DNA of 64,000 bases from Schizochytrium sp. TIO01. Its lineage: Eukaryota; Protista; Bigyra: Labyrinthulomycetes. Position 1 is the first letter of the stretch; every line of letters starts with the position of its first letter. Below the pieces are notes generated by a model. The model was given only the letters and a program-made list of their open reading frames with translations. It made no database searches and was not told where the DNA came from. The DNA lies in contig SMSO01000032.1 of NCBI GenBank assembly GCA_004764695.1, positions 3,938,483 through 4,002,482 on the forward strand. The letters run 5' to 3'. The translations under genes and the position numbers were made by a program. Below are positions 35,895 to 48,800 of the stretch, one piece after another.

Positions 35895-35930
35895 AGCTAG
35901 CTAGCTAGCCAGCCAGCCAGCCAGCCAGCT
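35895..35930. repeat. Compound tetranucleotide repeat (AGCT)n(AGCC)n
   Basis: Directly visible. Confidence 0.9.
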
Positions 35931-37558
35931 GTCTTTCAGAGCCACCGTGCGCGACTGTTCATGTCTAACCAGATGGTGTCTGGCAGCAGCAGCGAGGAGC
36001 GACGCGAGATCCAAGTTGCTTCAAGGTAGTCGTCGTCTGTGCTTTTGTGCGAAAGAAAGAAAGAGTGAGTGAGAAAGAGTTGAGGGGAGGTCACGCGCGA
36101 CTGCCCTCGGGTTGGCTAGCCGCGTGTAAGAGACTCTTACGCTGTCTCGAGCAGGACATCGTTATTGAAACAACCACATCGAGGCGAACCCGGGTCTTCG
36201 ACCACAGCCCATTGTAAATTCAGGGTCCTCCAGCACCGCAGAAACTATGTCCACCAAACTTCAGAGTCCGGGCCTCCGCAGTGCCGAACGCCTCCGGCTT
36301 TCCCATCCCACATCCAGCTTGGCAAAACGAGGTCATAGACCTGCACGGGTTTTCTTCCCTAGGGTTCCTTGTTTCACCCTCATTCCTTTACTTTTCCCTC
36401 TTTTCCTCCGTTGAGAATTGTGCGGTTCCGCAGAGGATCTCTATTCGTTCCAACGTAAGTTTAATACCTGGTTTGCCTAAGCAGGAGATAGCCAATTGTG
36501 GCGATGCTGCTTCTGCGGTATATTCTCAAATCTGTTCTCTATTTGCGTGGATGAAAGGGCAAAATAAAATTGCGCTCTTCTGCGAACGTACTGCCCAACC
36601 ATGGTCAGGAGGAGCCCTAGAGCTTTAGGAGCGCCACAAGCAAGGCTCTGACGGCACCTGGATGGCATAGCCCTTGGGATCCTCAGGCGCTGGCCTCTGA
36701 GGCGGACCTTAGAACGGTCTCAGCCATGTCGAGGAGGCTTCAGGTGTCGTCTGTCTTGACTTTCCTTCAATTCATCTAATTGACTTTGTTCATTTATTTA
36801 TTGTATGAATATAATACCTATTTCAACTCATTCGCTCTGGTGTCAAGGCCAAAGCTAACCAACCTGACGTTGCTGTCAAGGATGCAAAGGAGTTTGAGCT
36901 CTTGCGTTGGGCCTTCCTCGTCTTCCACCCAGTTCCCCGATTCGATGCGTGTTCGACGCGATGAATTTGATGTAATGCTCATACGCCATGTAATACTATA
37001 CTAGTTGATTCCTGTTCTGGCGTCTCGTTTCGCTTCAGGTCGATGTGATCTCCATACGAACACCAGCAACCGTAATAGGATCAGACTGTGGCGGGAATGC
37101 TCAACTTGAAGACCTCCTTGAACTCCAAGTTGGGCCTGGACTTCGTCTGAAAAGCAAGCGAGGAACTCTAGCTCTACGGAGCGATCGAGTCAAAGAGCCA
37201 ACTCAGCTTTTCCTGCTTTTTTCCACAGCTCCTCGAACCCTCAAATCGGCCTGCGCACTTGAGGTTGGTTTCTCCTTTCTCGCCAGCTGCACGTCATACC
37301 CACATTGCTTGTTTGTGCCATGCCATCGCCAGCTGCCTACATTCCCTCGCAAGCTTCTCGCTCGTTGACCCCAAGTTGGACTGCCTTTGGCCCAAACTTC
37401 TCTACGCACTGAGCGGAGTTCTTTCTCTCTTTTGTTCTCTTTATGAGGCGATGTTCTTCAACTTCAATGATGACTTCGTCACTTCAAGTTGCTCTATGTT
37501 GTTCCGTTCCTTTACTCCTGTTCTTCTTCCTCGCTATCTTTCCCCATCTGGTTTTTCC

Positions 37559-37585
37559 TAATTAATTAATTAATTAATTAATTAA
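37559..37585. repeat. (TAAT)n repeat at the start of an AT-rich block
   Basis: Directly visible. Confidence 0.9.
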
Positions 37586-38713
37586 CTTTTAAACTTAAAA
37601 AAATTAAATTTTAATTTACAGTGCCTATCCCAGGATAGAGGATTTTAAAGACGACTTGAATGCTATGGTATCTAGTATTGTGCTTCATAGTGTTTCCTTT
37701 TAAACATTTTTACTGATATTATTACAACCTAATAATAATAAAGAACGTATTTTAATTTTAAATTTTGAATTACAGGACCACGATAAGGACTAAAGGACTC
37801 TGTTTGATATAGTTAGAGGTTATTATGATTTTTAACATTCTGTTTTAGACTTATGCGCTTGTATGAGGTTTATGCTTTTAAGTTGTTTTTAAATTAAATG
37901 AAAAATCATCATCAGCGCCACTCTATGTATACTGTAGCGAACTTTGAATTTAAAAAGAGGAAAAGAGGAATAGTTGTTTGTTTCTTTAATGACTCTGTCT
38001 GGTTATCCACTTGGTTAGTGGGTCGCTAGGTAGTCCTAAGGCCTCCAGAGCCGGGGCCGAGGCAAATCAAAGCCGCTTCTGCCGCAAGGCCGCGAGCGAG
38101 TTGGCGCGTTTGCGCTGCCGGAGCCGCGAGGAGAATACGCGTCTCGCCACGCACCCAGAGGTCACCTCACGGTTAAAGCCGCCGTGCGAGAGCCGCGTCG
38201 CCGCCGCTGACGCCGCCGCCGTCTGGTTGCTTGCTTGCTTGCTTGCTGGGCATCCTTCGTGTAGCAGTCGATAGTCTTCATATATTTCCATATTCCCTAT
38301 ATACATATATTGTATATCATATAATACAATATATATAAACGTACGAATACATTCAGACAGTATCCATCATATCATCTACGCCGATCGATCGATCGCTCGT
38401 GAGGACTTCGGAGGCGGAGTCTGCGAGAGTGAGGAGCCGAGGCCAAGTTGCTTGCTGATAGCACAGCGAGCGGGGTCTGTTTTGTGGAGGGCTTGTTTTT
38501 TTATTGTTCTTTTTATTCCTTGACTGCTGGTCCGTCTGGCCACGTTCATCGACCACAACTCGGAGCTTGCTCTAGCCGTAGCTGTTGCTGCATCGCGCTC
38601 TATTGCAGCAGGTTACTGCAGTTTGCGCTCTACTCAGTCTCATACTGAGTCCTGGCGGGTTAGTTTTGGGCGTAGATAGTGATTGATATCGTTGATTTGT
38701 TTTTTCATTGAAT

Positions 38714-39637
38714 ATGGCGTCGAACTCGGACCTCGATCGGCAGATCGAAAAGCTGCAGCGGTGCGAGTACCTGACGGAGTCGGAGGTTAAGGTGCTATGC
38801 TCGCGAGCTCGCGAAATTTTGATTGATGAGAGCAACGTTCAGCGCGTGGACGCCCCCGTGACAATTTGCGGTGACGTGCACGGACAGTACTATGATGTGA
38901 AGGAAATCTTCCGCGTCGGTGGCGAGTGCCCGACGACAAACTACCTATTTATGGGTGACTTTGTGGACCGCGGTTTCTACAGTGTAGAAACCTTTCTCCT
39001 CTTACTCGCTCTCAAGGTCAGGTATCCAGACCGCATCACGCTGATCCGCGGTAACCACGAGTCAAGACAGATTACCCAGGTATACGGCTTTTATGATGAA
39101 TGCCTGCGCAAGTATGGCTCGGTCAACGTTTGGCGCTATTGCACAGAAATCTTCGACTTTCTTAGCCTCTCTGCAATTATTGAGGACAAAATCTTCGCCG
39201 TGCACGGTGGCCTCTCCCCGTCCATTAACACACTCGACCAAATCCGCATCATTGACAGAAAACAGGAGGTGCCCCATGATGGTGCCATGTGCGATCTCAT
39301 GTGGAGTGACCCAGAAGACATTGATGGTTGGGGCCTTAGCCCAAGGGGGGCTGGCTATCTTTTCGGAAAAGATGTCGTCGACAAGTTTAACCACACTAAC
39401 TCTATCGACCTTATCTGCCGTGCTCATCAACTTGTCATGGAGGGCTACAAGTGGATGTTTGACGAATCGCTCGTGACTGTATGGTCTGCTCCGAATTACT
39501 GCTACCGTTGCGGAAACGTTGCAGCAATCCTCGAACTTGACGAGAATCTCGGCAAACAATTCAAGATTGTCGAAGCTGCTCCTCAAGACGCTCGTGGGGT
39601 ACCAAACAAACGAACATCTCCTGCATACTTTCTTTAA
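38714..39637 (+). CDS. PPP4C: Serine/threonine protein phosphatase 4 catalytic subunit (PP2A-like family)
   Basis: [29 protein letters not shown] motifs; PP4-type N-terminus [20 protein letters not shown]; C-terminal YFL. Confidence 0.93.
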   Translation: MASNSDLDRQIEKLQRCEYLTESEVKVLCSRAREILIDESNVQRVDAPVTICGDVHGQYYDVKEIFRVGGECPTTNYLFMGDFVDRGFYSVETFLLLLALKVRYPDRITLIRGNHESRQITQVYGFYDECLRKYGSVNVWRYCTEIFDFLSLSAIIEDKIFAVHGGLSPSINTLDQIRIIDRKQEVPHDGAMCDLMWSDPEDIDGWGLSPRGAGYLFGKDVVDKFNHTNSIDLICRAHQLVMEGYKWMFDESLVTVWSAPNYCYRCGNVAAILELDENLGKQFKIVEAAPQDARGVPNKRTSPAYFL

Positions 39638-40004
39638 CGTAGATTGGCCCGATTGCTTGATTGACAACACTACTAATTACATCATTACCCATAAAAATAA
39701 AAACACTCACCCTTTTTTTTTAAATCGTTCTTTTATTATTATTATTATTTATACATCATAAACATAGAATCAAAACATAAAGGGAACTAAAATAGCATAT
39801 GTTCAATCTTCTTTCTGGAGATTGACTATTCCGTATCAAGATCTCTTCTATGTGAAAGTACATGATCCTTAATTTAAAGGATATAAAATGCATGTTTTCG
39901 AGGCCCTAGTACCGTACAAGCCAAGATTGGTGAATCGTCCATAATAGCACTTATTATTTTATTGTCTGCTCAGTGCAAAATGCGTTTGGGTATACAGCCA
40001 AATA

Positions 40005-42854
40005 TTAGTGTTCAGGCACCTTCAGTTGCGAAAGCTTGAGTACAAGACCGGATTGCTGCAGCTCTGCAAGCGCTTCATGCTCTGGCGTTGTATGCGCATC
40101 TTGAAGGATTTTGGCACATGCTTCCGCAGCTCGAATAACAATTCCAAGAGCATCTTTAACCTCCATGAAAGAGCTTAAGTCTTCATCCACAGCTTTGAAG
40201 CAGGCCAAGACCTCTTGTGTGGCGCCCAAGAGGTGATTTAGCTCATCGTTGTTGACGTAATTGTATTCAACCAGAGTTTTATTCTTGTCGCCAGGTTTGT
40301 CCTTGCGCAAAATTTCAAACTCCTCACGCAAAAGATCTGTGGCGATTACACAAGCCAAAGCACAAGTCATGGACATCTCTTGGTTGCTGCGCGTGCTATT
40401 CACGTCTGCTCTCGTTCGATATATTTTGAGGAGATTGTGAACAATTGAGCGAATTCTACTAAATATTACTACATGGGAACATTCGCTTTCCTCAGGGAAT
40501 GATAAGCGAAGGAACGGCGCTGTCATGCTCATACAGACAATCCGCGCGAGAAGCTGCATTGGAATTTGTCCCATACTTCGACTGTCTCCATCCCTGTGCA
40601 CATTGAGAACAGCAGCCCACAACGGAGCCTGTGTCGGATCCAAACCACCAATCAAGTATGACAAAGCGAGTTCCATCGCCTCATCCTGAGCAAGCATCCC
40701 AATGATGGAAGTTGTTCGGAAGCAGGCATTTGCCACCCTCACAGCCGCCTTGAGCTCTGCATCATTACTCACTACTTGTGCTAAAAGACCAAGATTTAGC
40801 AGTGTCTCGAAACCCCGATCTCTTCGGAACATCAGTTCAGCCCGACAAAATACTAGCCCAAACACATCTGGTATGCTTAAAGAATCTGTTTTGACATGCT
40901 CACAAACTAGGTCTTCAAAACAATCCATTCCTAAGATAGCACACAAAAGTATCAGCAAGCGATGCTCTTCACGAACCACGCGTGAGCAGACCGAGCAACT
41001 TTCACAACTCCATACACTCTTGCCCTCTGGAATCGCAATAGTCTCATTGGCCAGCCAAATTAGCACTTGACTTAGGAGCTCCGCATGGCTATCATTCAAT
41101 TCTTGCTGTTGCTTCCAATCCTCGAAAAGTTGCTCACAAAGTAATTGAGCTAGGTCCTCTCGGATTGGTAGAGCATGTCCGGTATCGTCGAGTTGACGGT
41201 GGGCCTTCCATGCAGCAACTCTCTGTGGAAGACCAAGAACTTCCAGACATTTTCGTACAGGCTCAGATCGCTTCCCAGCTTGCGATTCCACTTGGCGCAC
41301 TGTTTCAATAAGTTGCTTTACCCAGGTAGTGGCATTATGGAAATTGTCGGATGATGGTGTGAAATCCTCAGCAGGGTACAAGATACTCATATCTGCAAGG
41401 AATCGACAGATTACGGTTGAGATGCTATCCGTAATGATAACGCAGTTTCCCATAGGGCGTCGTAGCCTTTTTAAGGACGAAAGAAAAAGTTGCCACAAAG
41501 GCCGATCCACCATCGTTACATGTGATAGATTATAGGTAATACCTTCTTTAGAAAGTTTGACCAGACCAAAAGACTCCATAAGAGGTGCAATCGTACGCTC
41601 ATGTATACGTTTTGCATGCGCGAGGTCGATTAACGTCAAAAGTTCTTGAAATATAGAAATGACCAAGTTCTGCCGCGGGCGCTGCCACAGCTGGCGAGCC
41701 CATGTAAGATTCCATTCTGAGGCGTCTTGCTTAGAATATAACATTCCGGATTTAACACCGTATAGTAAGATGAGGCGCGTGCTATCCAGTGCAGGGTTTG
41801 ATGCATGGACAGCCTTCATCCGGTCGCGAAGTGCATTCAAAGTTCTTTGAGGGCTGATTGCCGCTGAGAGTTTACCCCAAGAATGCAAAATATCATCACT
41901 AACGCTGGATAAGTGCAAAACGTAGTCCCAAAACATACAGAATTCGTCAAACAGCTCTTCCCCCAGCTCTTTTTGAATCAAATTCAGGGCTGTCATGGTT
42001 GCTGTGTGACTCAAAGTAGAATATTGAGCTAAAAGTTGTTGTAACAACCTGCGACGCAAACCATTGTCCTTCGTGTCGAGGAACACAAGGCCCCATATTT
42101 CTGGTCCGACTCGTTTGTGTTGTATACATTTCGAAGCAAATTGCTCAAGCTTCACAATTATACGTTCACAATGAAGCATCCCTGATCGAATAAGTGCAGC
42201 CACATCATCAACTTGAATCTCTTCAGAAGGACATCGACACGCTAATAAATCAACAAATATCGCCAATTGTCCAGGCATATGGGATGCTTCAACTTGTTTA
42301 AGCATTTGTAAGGTTTCTGGCCAAATCTCCTGAGCTAAAAGCGTAGGATTTTCCTTAACTACTTCATCGAAAAGATGCAGAATCGTTTCATTGGTGGCGT
42401 TGGGGCTTGACGTATATAACTCAACAATGATTTTCACAATACTTTGATCTTGAGCCCATGCTTTGTTCCAATGTGCTGCAAGACATCTTAAAGCTGTCTT
42501 ATATGGCCAAAACCAATCTGGACAATTCATTAGTCCAATAATGAGTGGTTTTGCGACTTGTGGAGACGCGTCGTCCAAAACAACCTTGAGGTTAGCTTGG
42601 AATTCAGACCACTCACCAAAGCTCGGTTTTCCAGGAACACCCTGAATAAGCATTCGAGCAAGACCTTCGGCTACCACGGCACTATGTAAATGCAGTCCTA
42701 AGCTATCTGCTAGTTTACGCATGCCAGCGAGGGGTACTGGACTCTCTCTTCCTAATTTGTCCAAGCTGGTTCTTGTATCTTGAATGGTGTCATCCCGTTG
42801 TGTACAAATATGTTCGACAATTGCTGCCCACGATTCATCAGCCCGTTCCTCCAT
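40005..42854 (-). CDS. Uncharacterised 949-aa Leu-rich, probably all-helical (ARM/HEAT-like) protein
   Basis: Uninterrupted 2.85-kb ORF; no recognisable catalytic motif; fold guess from composition only. Confidence 0.75.
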   Translation of the reverse strand: MEERADESWAAIVEHICTQRDDTIQDTRTSLDKLGRESPVPLAGMRKLADSLGLHLHSAVVAEGLARMLIQGVPGKPSFGEWSEFQANLKVVLDDASPQVAKPLIIGLMNCPDWFWPYKTALRCLAAHWNKAWAQDQSIVKIIVELYTSSPNATNETILHLFDEVVKENPTLLAQEIWPETLQMLKQVEASHMPGQLAIFVDLLACRCPSEEIQVDDVAALIRSGMLHCERIIVKLEQFASKCIQHKRVGPEIWGLVFLDTKDNGLRRRLLQQLLAQYSTLSHTATMTALNLIQKELGEELFDEFCMFWDYVLHLSSVSDDILHSWGKLSAAISPQRTLNALRDRMKAVHASNPALDSTRLILLYGVKSGMLYSKQDASEWNLTWARQLWQRPRQNLVISIFQELLTLIDLAHAKRIHERTIAPLMESFGLVKLSKEGITYNLSHVTMVDRPLWQLFLSSLKRLRRPMGNCVIITDSISTVICRFLADMSILYPAEDFTPSSDNFHNATTWVKQLIETVRQVESQAGKRSEPVRKCLEVLGLPQRVAAWKAHRQLDDTGHALPIREDLAQLLCEQLFEDWKQQQELNDSHAELLSQVLIWLANETIAIPEGKSVWSCESCSVCSRVVREEHRLLILLCAILGMDCFEDLVCEHVKTDSLSIPDVFGLVFCRAELMFRRDRGFETLLNLGLLAQVVSNDAELKAAVRVANACFRTTSIIGMLAQDEAMELALSYLIGGLDPTQAPLWAAVLNVHRDGDSRSMGQIPMQLLARIVCMSMTAPFLRLSFPEESECSHVVIFSRIRSIVHNLLKIYRTRADVNSTRSNQEMSMTCALACVIATDLLREEFEILRKDKPGDKNKTLVEYNYVNNDELNHLLGATQEVLACFKAVDEDLSSFMEVKDALGIVIRAAEACAKILQDAHTTPEHEALAELQQSGLVLKLSQLKVPEH

Positions 42855-43809
42855 TCGATCTAAAGCTAAAAAATAATTATTTAGGTTCTCCCAACTCTAC
42901 AGAACCTTTGAACAAGCTTTCCAGATTGTGTCTTGGTAGCCGCGTCAAGCTATCGTTGTATTGTTGCGTTGATTTCCTCTGCTGATGTAAAAGTAAGAAG
43001 ACTCAAGCAAGTTCTAAAGTCTAGGATCCCCTAAACCCTCAAGGGTCCTTGAACGAGTACAACTGCCATCCACACCAAGTCAAGCGTCAGACCTGCTCGC
43101 TTCTGTTTGCCAATCCGAAGTTTTGCAAGTCTACATTTCGTCTCGCCGTTTGTCCTCCAAATCAGTCATCCTTCAATCTTGCATCCAATCTAACCAATTC
43201 CCTAACCATTGCTAGTGCTCTGTTAACCATGCACTCCTACACCGCCATCCACGACCTACAAAGTACTTCTCCTGTTAGAGGAAATAGGTTATAGTGGATA
43301 ATCTATTGTGAATATACTATGTAGTTTTGAAGATTAAGGCTGGTATTTGGAGTAGCACAAGTGGAGCTTAAGAGCTATAACTCACTTGCGAGCGATGCTC
43401 GGGCACAGCCAAGCGAAGGCAAGCAAAGCGAGATCGCGCTACAGTTCGCGCGAAGGTGCTCGCGAGAGCAGACATCCTTGGCGCAGACCAAGTGGAATCC
43501 GACCGATCGGAGCTATCTTTGCTCGACACTTGACCGAGACGGTCTTCGGCCGTGGAGGCAGCAACTCTCATCGCGGGGACCTTCCTTGAGGTGAACGTGG
43601 TGGCGGAGCTCGACTCGCTGCCTTATCTATCTTTGACTTTAGCTCGCAGTTCAAATCTTGTCTTGGATATCAAACTAAAGTTTGTCCTTTAATTTGATCT
43701 TTCGTGGCATCGAAAGAGCTCGCCAGGATCAACTGGCGGATCAGGCAGCGCGAAGCGCAGAGTTGAAGTTGCAGCTGCATTTGCAGTTGCGTACAATTTC
43801 GTAGGCACC

Positions 43810-45311
43810 ATGGGTATTCTTGAGAAGATCGAGGATATTGAGAAGGAGCTCTCTCGCACACAGATTAACAAGGCGACCATGAGACACATTTGTGCTCTCA
43901 AGGCACGTCTTGCCAAATTGCGCAGTGAGCTGCTCGACCCGGCAAAGGGATCTTCAGGTGGTGCAGGAGAGGGTTTCGAAGTGAGCAAAACCGGATCAGC
44001 ACGCATTGCCTTAATTGGTTTCCCAAGTGTGGGTAAATCTACGCTGTTGTCTGAGCTTACTGATACCGAGAGTGAGCAGGCCGCGTTTGAGTTCAGTAAG
44101 TTTGCATCAAAAATGTTTTGTTAGCGACGCTTGTTTGTTTAATCTGGTGAATATTAAGTTAGCACTAACATGAGTGGACGGTAAAACCCTTTCAATACGA
44201 TTATCGTCATATCTTGATATCGTGCGTGTTCGGTGCCACGTAATATCTAAATCTTAATACGTTTTCTGTAGCCACGCTCACGGCTATTCCGGGTAACCTG
44301 ATGTACAAGGGCACCAAGTTGCAGCTTTTGGATTTGCCTGGTATTATCGAGGGTGCCGCACACGGTAAGGGTCGCGGTCGTCAGGTAATTGCGTGTGCCA
44401 AGTCTGCTGATTTGGTTCTCATGGTTTTGGATGCCGCAAAAGAAGGTGTGAAGAACCACCGGAAGATTCTGGAGCGAGAGTTGGAGATTGTCGGAATGCG
44501 TTTGAACCAGCAGCCAGCCAACATTTACTTTAAGAAGAAGAAGGACGGTGGTGTTAAGTTTAACTCTGGAGGATTCAAGCTTGCTGCTTTTGGTGATGAT
44601 CCGGAAAAAACTGTGAAGGGTATCCTCCAGGAGTACAAGATGCACAACGCTGATGTCCTCTTCCGTGAGGATTGCACCCCAGAACAATTCATCGATCTCA
44701 TTGAAGGTAACCGCAAGTATGTTCGGTGTCTGTATGTCTACAACAAGGCTGATATGCTCAGTCTGGAAGAGGTAGATTCTCTTGCCCGCCAGGAACACTC
44801 CTTGGTGATTAGTTGCAACCTCAAGCTTGGATACGACTACCTGCTGGAGCGGATTTGGGATTACCTCGGCCTGGTTCGTGTGTACACCAAAAAACGTGGC
44901 GCCCCGCCTGACTTCGAAGACCCTGTGGTTTTGACAAGCTTCCGCCATGGAACCTCTGTCGAAGCTGCATGTCGTCAAGTACACAAATCACTTATTGATG
45001 ATTTTCATTACGCATTGGTCTGGGGACTCAGTACTAAGCACAACCCCCAGCGTGTGGGTTTATCTCACGAACTCAGTGATGAGGACGTCTTGCAAATTGT
45101 GAAGAAGACCAATACACAGCTCAAGAAGGACAAAGGTAAGTTCTTTCTAACACTGACCGATTTTGCACCTGGTTTGCGGAGTTTACTAACATTTTCTGTT
45201 GAACTTTGTTCTCGTTTTTCATTTGTCAACCCAGATTACAACGCGCGTGTGCAAGCCCATTACGATGCCGTCAAGTCTAAGCGCAAGTCCAAGGGCAAGC
45301 TCAAGACTTAA
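43810..45311 (+). CDS. DRG2: Developmentally regulated GTP-binding protein 2 (Obg-like, TGS domain); exons 43810-44095, 44272-45135, 45235-45311
   Basis: MGILEKI..IEKE..RTQ.NKAT; G1 GFPSVGKS; spliced FEFTTLT (G2); DLPGIIEGA (G3); NKAD (G4); [22 protein letters not shown]. Confidence 0.92.
44096..44271 (+). other. DRG2 intron 1 (176 nt)
   Basis: GTAAGT...CACTAAC...TTTTCTGTAG; removal creates the conserved EFTTLT. Confidence 0.92.
45136..45234 (+). other. DRG2 intron 2 (99 nt, in frame, no stop)
   Basis: G|GTAAGT donor, TACTAAC at 45184, pyrimidine tract, CCCAG acceptor; the ORF track reads through it. Confidence 0.82.
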
Positions 45312-45872
45312 CCTGTCTTTCACCTTCTCATTTTCCAAGGACTTTTGGTTCCTTTTCCGTTTTCCTTTGCACAAGTGCATGCAGATGTCATTGCGCTATG
45401 CCAAAACGATCTCAAACACAGAACCATCAGCATCAAAACCTTGCAACTTTTCCTTTCTCAAATATTTGATATTGAATACACCAAATATTCTGCCCTCGTG
45501 ATGTGATTCTCAAGTTTCGTGCCTTAATCTCATATTGCCATTTCCAAACTTGTTAGTATCCGCCTTGATTTTTTGGGCGCACAGACCTTCACTGCTGGCC
45601 AGTTGCTGTAGAGCGATTTGCACACCCCTTGTTACATGTGCGACTCACTTGGGATGCTCAGCGAGGAATGAATTGCACCTCAAATGTCTAGTTGAAATGA
45701 TCGTCCAATCTAATCTAACTTGAAGTTTTTATCACCTTTCCTGAGGCTCTTTACTTTTTAGGCTTCAACGTAGGAAAACACTTTTCATTTTTTTTTTTAA
45801 ATGTTATTTTCATTCATTCATCAATTTATTTTTTAAATTAAAAATCGTTTGTCCAAACATAACTACAACCTC

Positions 45873-48800
45873 ATGTCAGGGAACGAGGCTCGCTTGGTTG
45901 AGCTTGCAGTACAGGCCTTCGCGTTGGCGTGTGCTCGAAGTGACCCGAATACATGGCCACGTCGGGAGCTTTATGTACAAACTAACGAAGCTCTACTGAG
46001 CAAGAGCAAGGACGAAGGTGGACCTCCTCGCGAAGATGGTCACGCTGGACAGACACGGGAAGATGAGAACGACACTCGCAGATGTACTTCATCGACAATC
46101 TGCAACGTATCTCACGAGAATGAAATTCCTCCTTTGAAAAACTATTCTTTGCGACTTCAGGCCAATTCAGATCTCACACAATGCGTCACAGTACTGTAAG
46201 TTCTTGCACCATTAGACAGGTTCCATGCAATTTCGGAGAAACGCGAAGTGAACACCCTAAGGTTCCATCTATGACTGCATCTTGATTGAACAAAGTTTAC
46301 TTGTCAAGAAAATGGAAATACTGACGGGTGGAAACTGTAAATATGTAAAGTGACAATGAGGCTGCTCCATTACCAGACAGCTTTTGGGATGCCATCGCTA
46401 TTCACATGAGCAAACAAAGTGACAATCAAAGGTTGCGACGACGGGTAAACCAACACCATCAGCCACCCAGAAGCTTGAATGAGCATACACAGTCTACACA
46501 AGAGAGCATTGATCTCCTTGATTCACCCGAGTCGCCTATGAGAGACGGATCTCAAGAAACACGACAGGATAAACAAGTTGACGACGATGAGGTTTTGTCA
46601 GTTCTTAGCTCTCCACGATCAGTTCAGGCTGCCAAACATGGGATTGCATTAGATAATATCAACGATGACAATCAAGATACACTAACACAAATTAATGACC
46701 ACGCAAAACCTTCATCTCAAGATCTGGACACTGATGTAGACAATGAAGATTTCCATCTTACTCAAACTAATGCGAGCACTCAAGAAAAGCAAGATGGAGA
46801 ATTGTCTGATGACGAAGTGCTTGAACCCAGAAACAGCGTAGAGCATCCAACTCCCATCTTTAATTCCTCGCTGACAGCAACAGACGGAGGCCTAAACCGA
46901 GAGGCTAGAGTTACGACTAGCGAGTCGCAATCAGACGATGCCGCGCCTACAGCACTTCTTTCTGAACAAGCCGAGAATTCTAATTCGACCATAGCAGCAA
47001 CAACTCAAGTGGGCACTCCTCGTTCAAGTTTGAACACAAAAACTCTAAATAACATCGCCGTTAAGGAGGAAACGCTTGAAACAGAGAACTTTAATGGAGA
47101 TGTAAAAGAATGCGAAGCTTCAAAACCTGCTGAGACTGAGGAGAAAGGAGGCACAGAAGTACTTCGCAACCTCAGCTGCATGTCCGAGAAGAGCACAGTC
47201 CCTGTACTGACTCCACATATGCCTGCTGCGGACTCACCACCTCAAAAAATCGCCCCTACTCTAGACTCTGAAAGAAATCCAAACTCATCAACGCCTCCTG
47301 GTTCCGAGACTGCGCAAATGAGTTCTACTGAGGAGCTTGCTCGCACAGTAGGTGCAGAAGAAGCTGAAGATAATACCAACCAAGTTACAGAAGATGCCGA
47401 CCAAGTTGATCTGCCCCATTCAGGCGCACCTCAAGTATTATCTACCAAGAAAAGACAAGCATCTGAAATGTCGACCTTGCCACCTGAGACAGGCAGCTCA
47501 AACAGTGATTCTAAGATCTTGCAAGAAGAAAAAAAGTCAGCAATGGGTTCGCCTATGAAGAAGAGAAGATGTGTGGCACCTTCACTTGAAACTTTTACAG
47601 ATGTAGCTGTAAGTGCGCATCAACTAGATTCCACCGGCATACTAGGGTCGGTCGGTCAGCTAGTGAACGACGATAACGATTCTGATGCGTCGTCAACAGC
47701 AACGGTTGCTGCTCGTCCAAAGACGTCTCATATCATGGAAATTGACCCTGACGGCCCGAATGACCAACTGAAATGCTGGCTCGACGTAAGTTCTCAACCT
47801 TCTCCGGTCCTGCCGAGGCTACCTTCTATGTATGATTACCATCAGCAAGACCTTCCACAGAGAGATTTACAACAATCTGGCAGTGAAAAGCTGTATGCAC
47901 TTTCTCGATGGCCTGCTATGCTCAAACGTCGAAGCTTTGCATACAAAATGCCTCCACCAACAAAACAATATCGTGGTCAAACTATCATTCTTTGGGTGCA
48001 GATTGGTGGTGTGCTCGGGGAGGCTAGTTCTTGTGTGCGATTCGATGATAATTGGGCGCTAGGCCTGGCACTATGGCTACACGGAGAATTAAAGTTACCA
48101 ATTATGTGCATTACGTTTTTATCTCACGCAATGCACGATGCGTGCATAGAGAGATCATCTGAGTCTCAAACTAATATTTTCCGTGATCAGGCATTTTTGT
48201 TTAGTGAGATGGAGTCTCAGCTGAAGCGCTGGAATATTCCTTTAATGGGACTTTACTGTGATCCTGGCGATGTCACCTCTGTAATGGCATCTTATACACG
48301 AGCCGTGCGCGCACACATTGTTCTCGTTCCCGAGTCATACTCCCCACCTGCTATGCTTTTGCTTCGTAATGCAGCTCGCGCGATTCCATGCCCTCTCTTT
48401 AGTATCGATAGTGATTGCATCCTTCCACCCCGCTACGTGAATATTGCCGTTGTAGAGCAAAACACACCAGGATCTATGGACCTCAATAGCGCGGAAGAAG
48501 CTGACCACAAACTGTCACTTTCGCGGGAGGTAGGTCATGCAACGAGTGAGCTTGAATGGTCACACTTTGTTCCCTGTCTAAGCCCTGTGCCAATAAAACT
48601 CACGGAGAATATTCTCACAAAATCAGACGGGGTCATTCTTGTCCCCAAAAAGGTTTATGACCGATGGAATTTGGCAGAGATCTATCAATTTCGCGCGTGG
48701 CTGGAGGACACAAAATATAAACCCCGGAGCAGCGTTCAGCTTGCAGAAGAAAACCTCACAGCGCTTTTGCGATCCGAGGACGCATTTAGACGGAAACAAC

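Noticed and set aside
36060-36320. GGGAAAGCCGG...CGGCT on the minus strand resembling RNase P/MRP P4
   Set aside because: No bulged U, no convincing P1 helix and no other conserved regions
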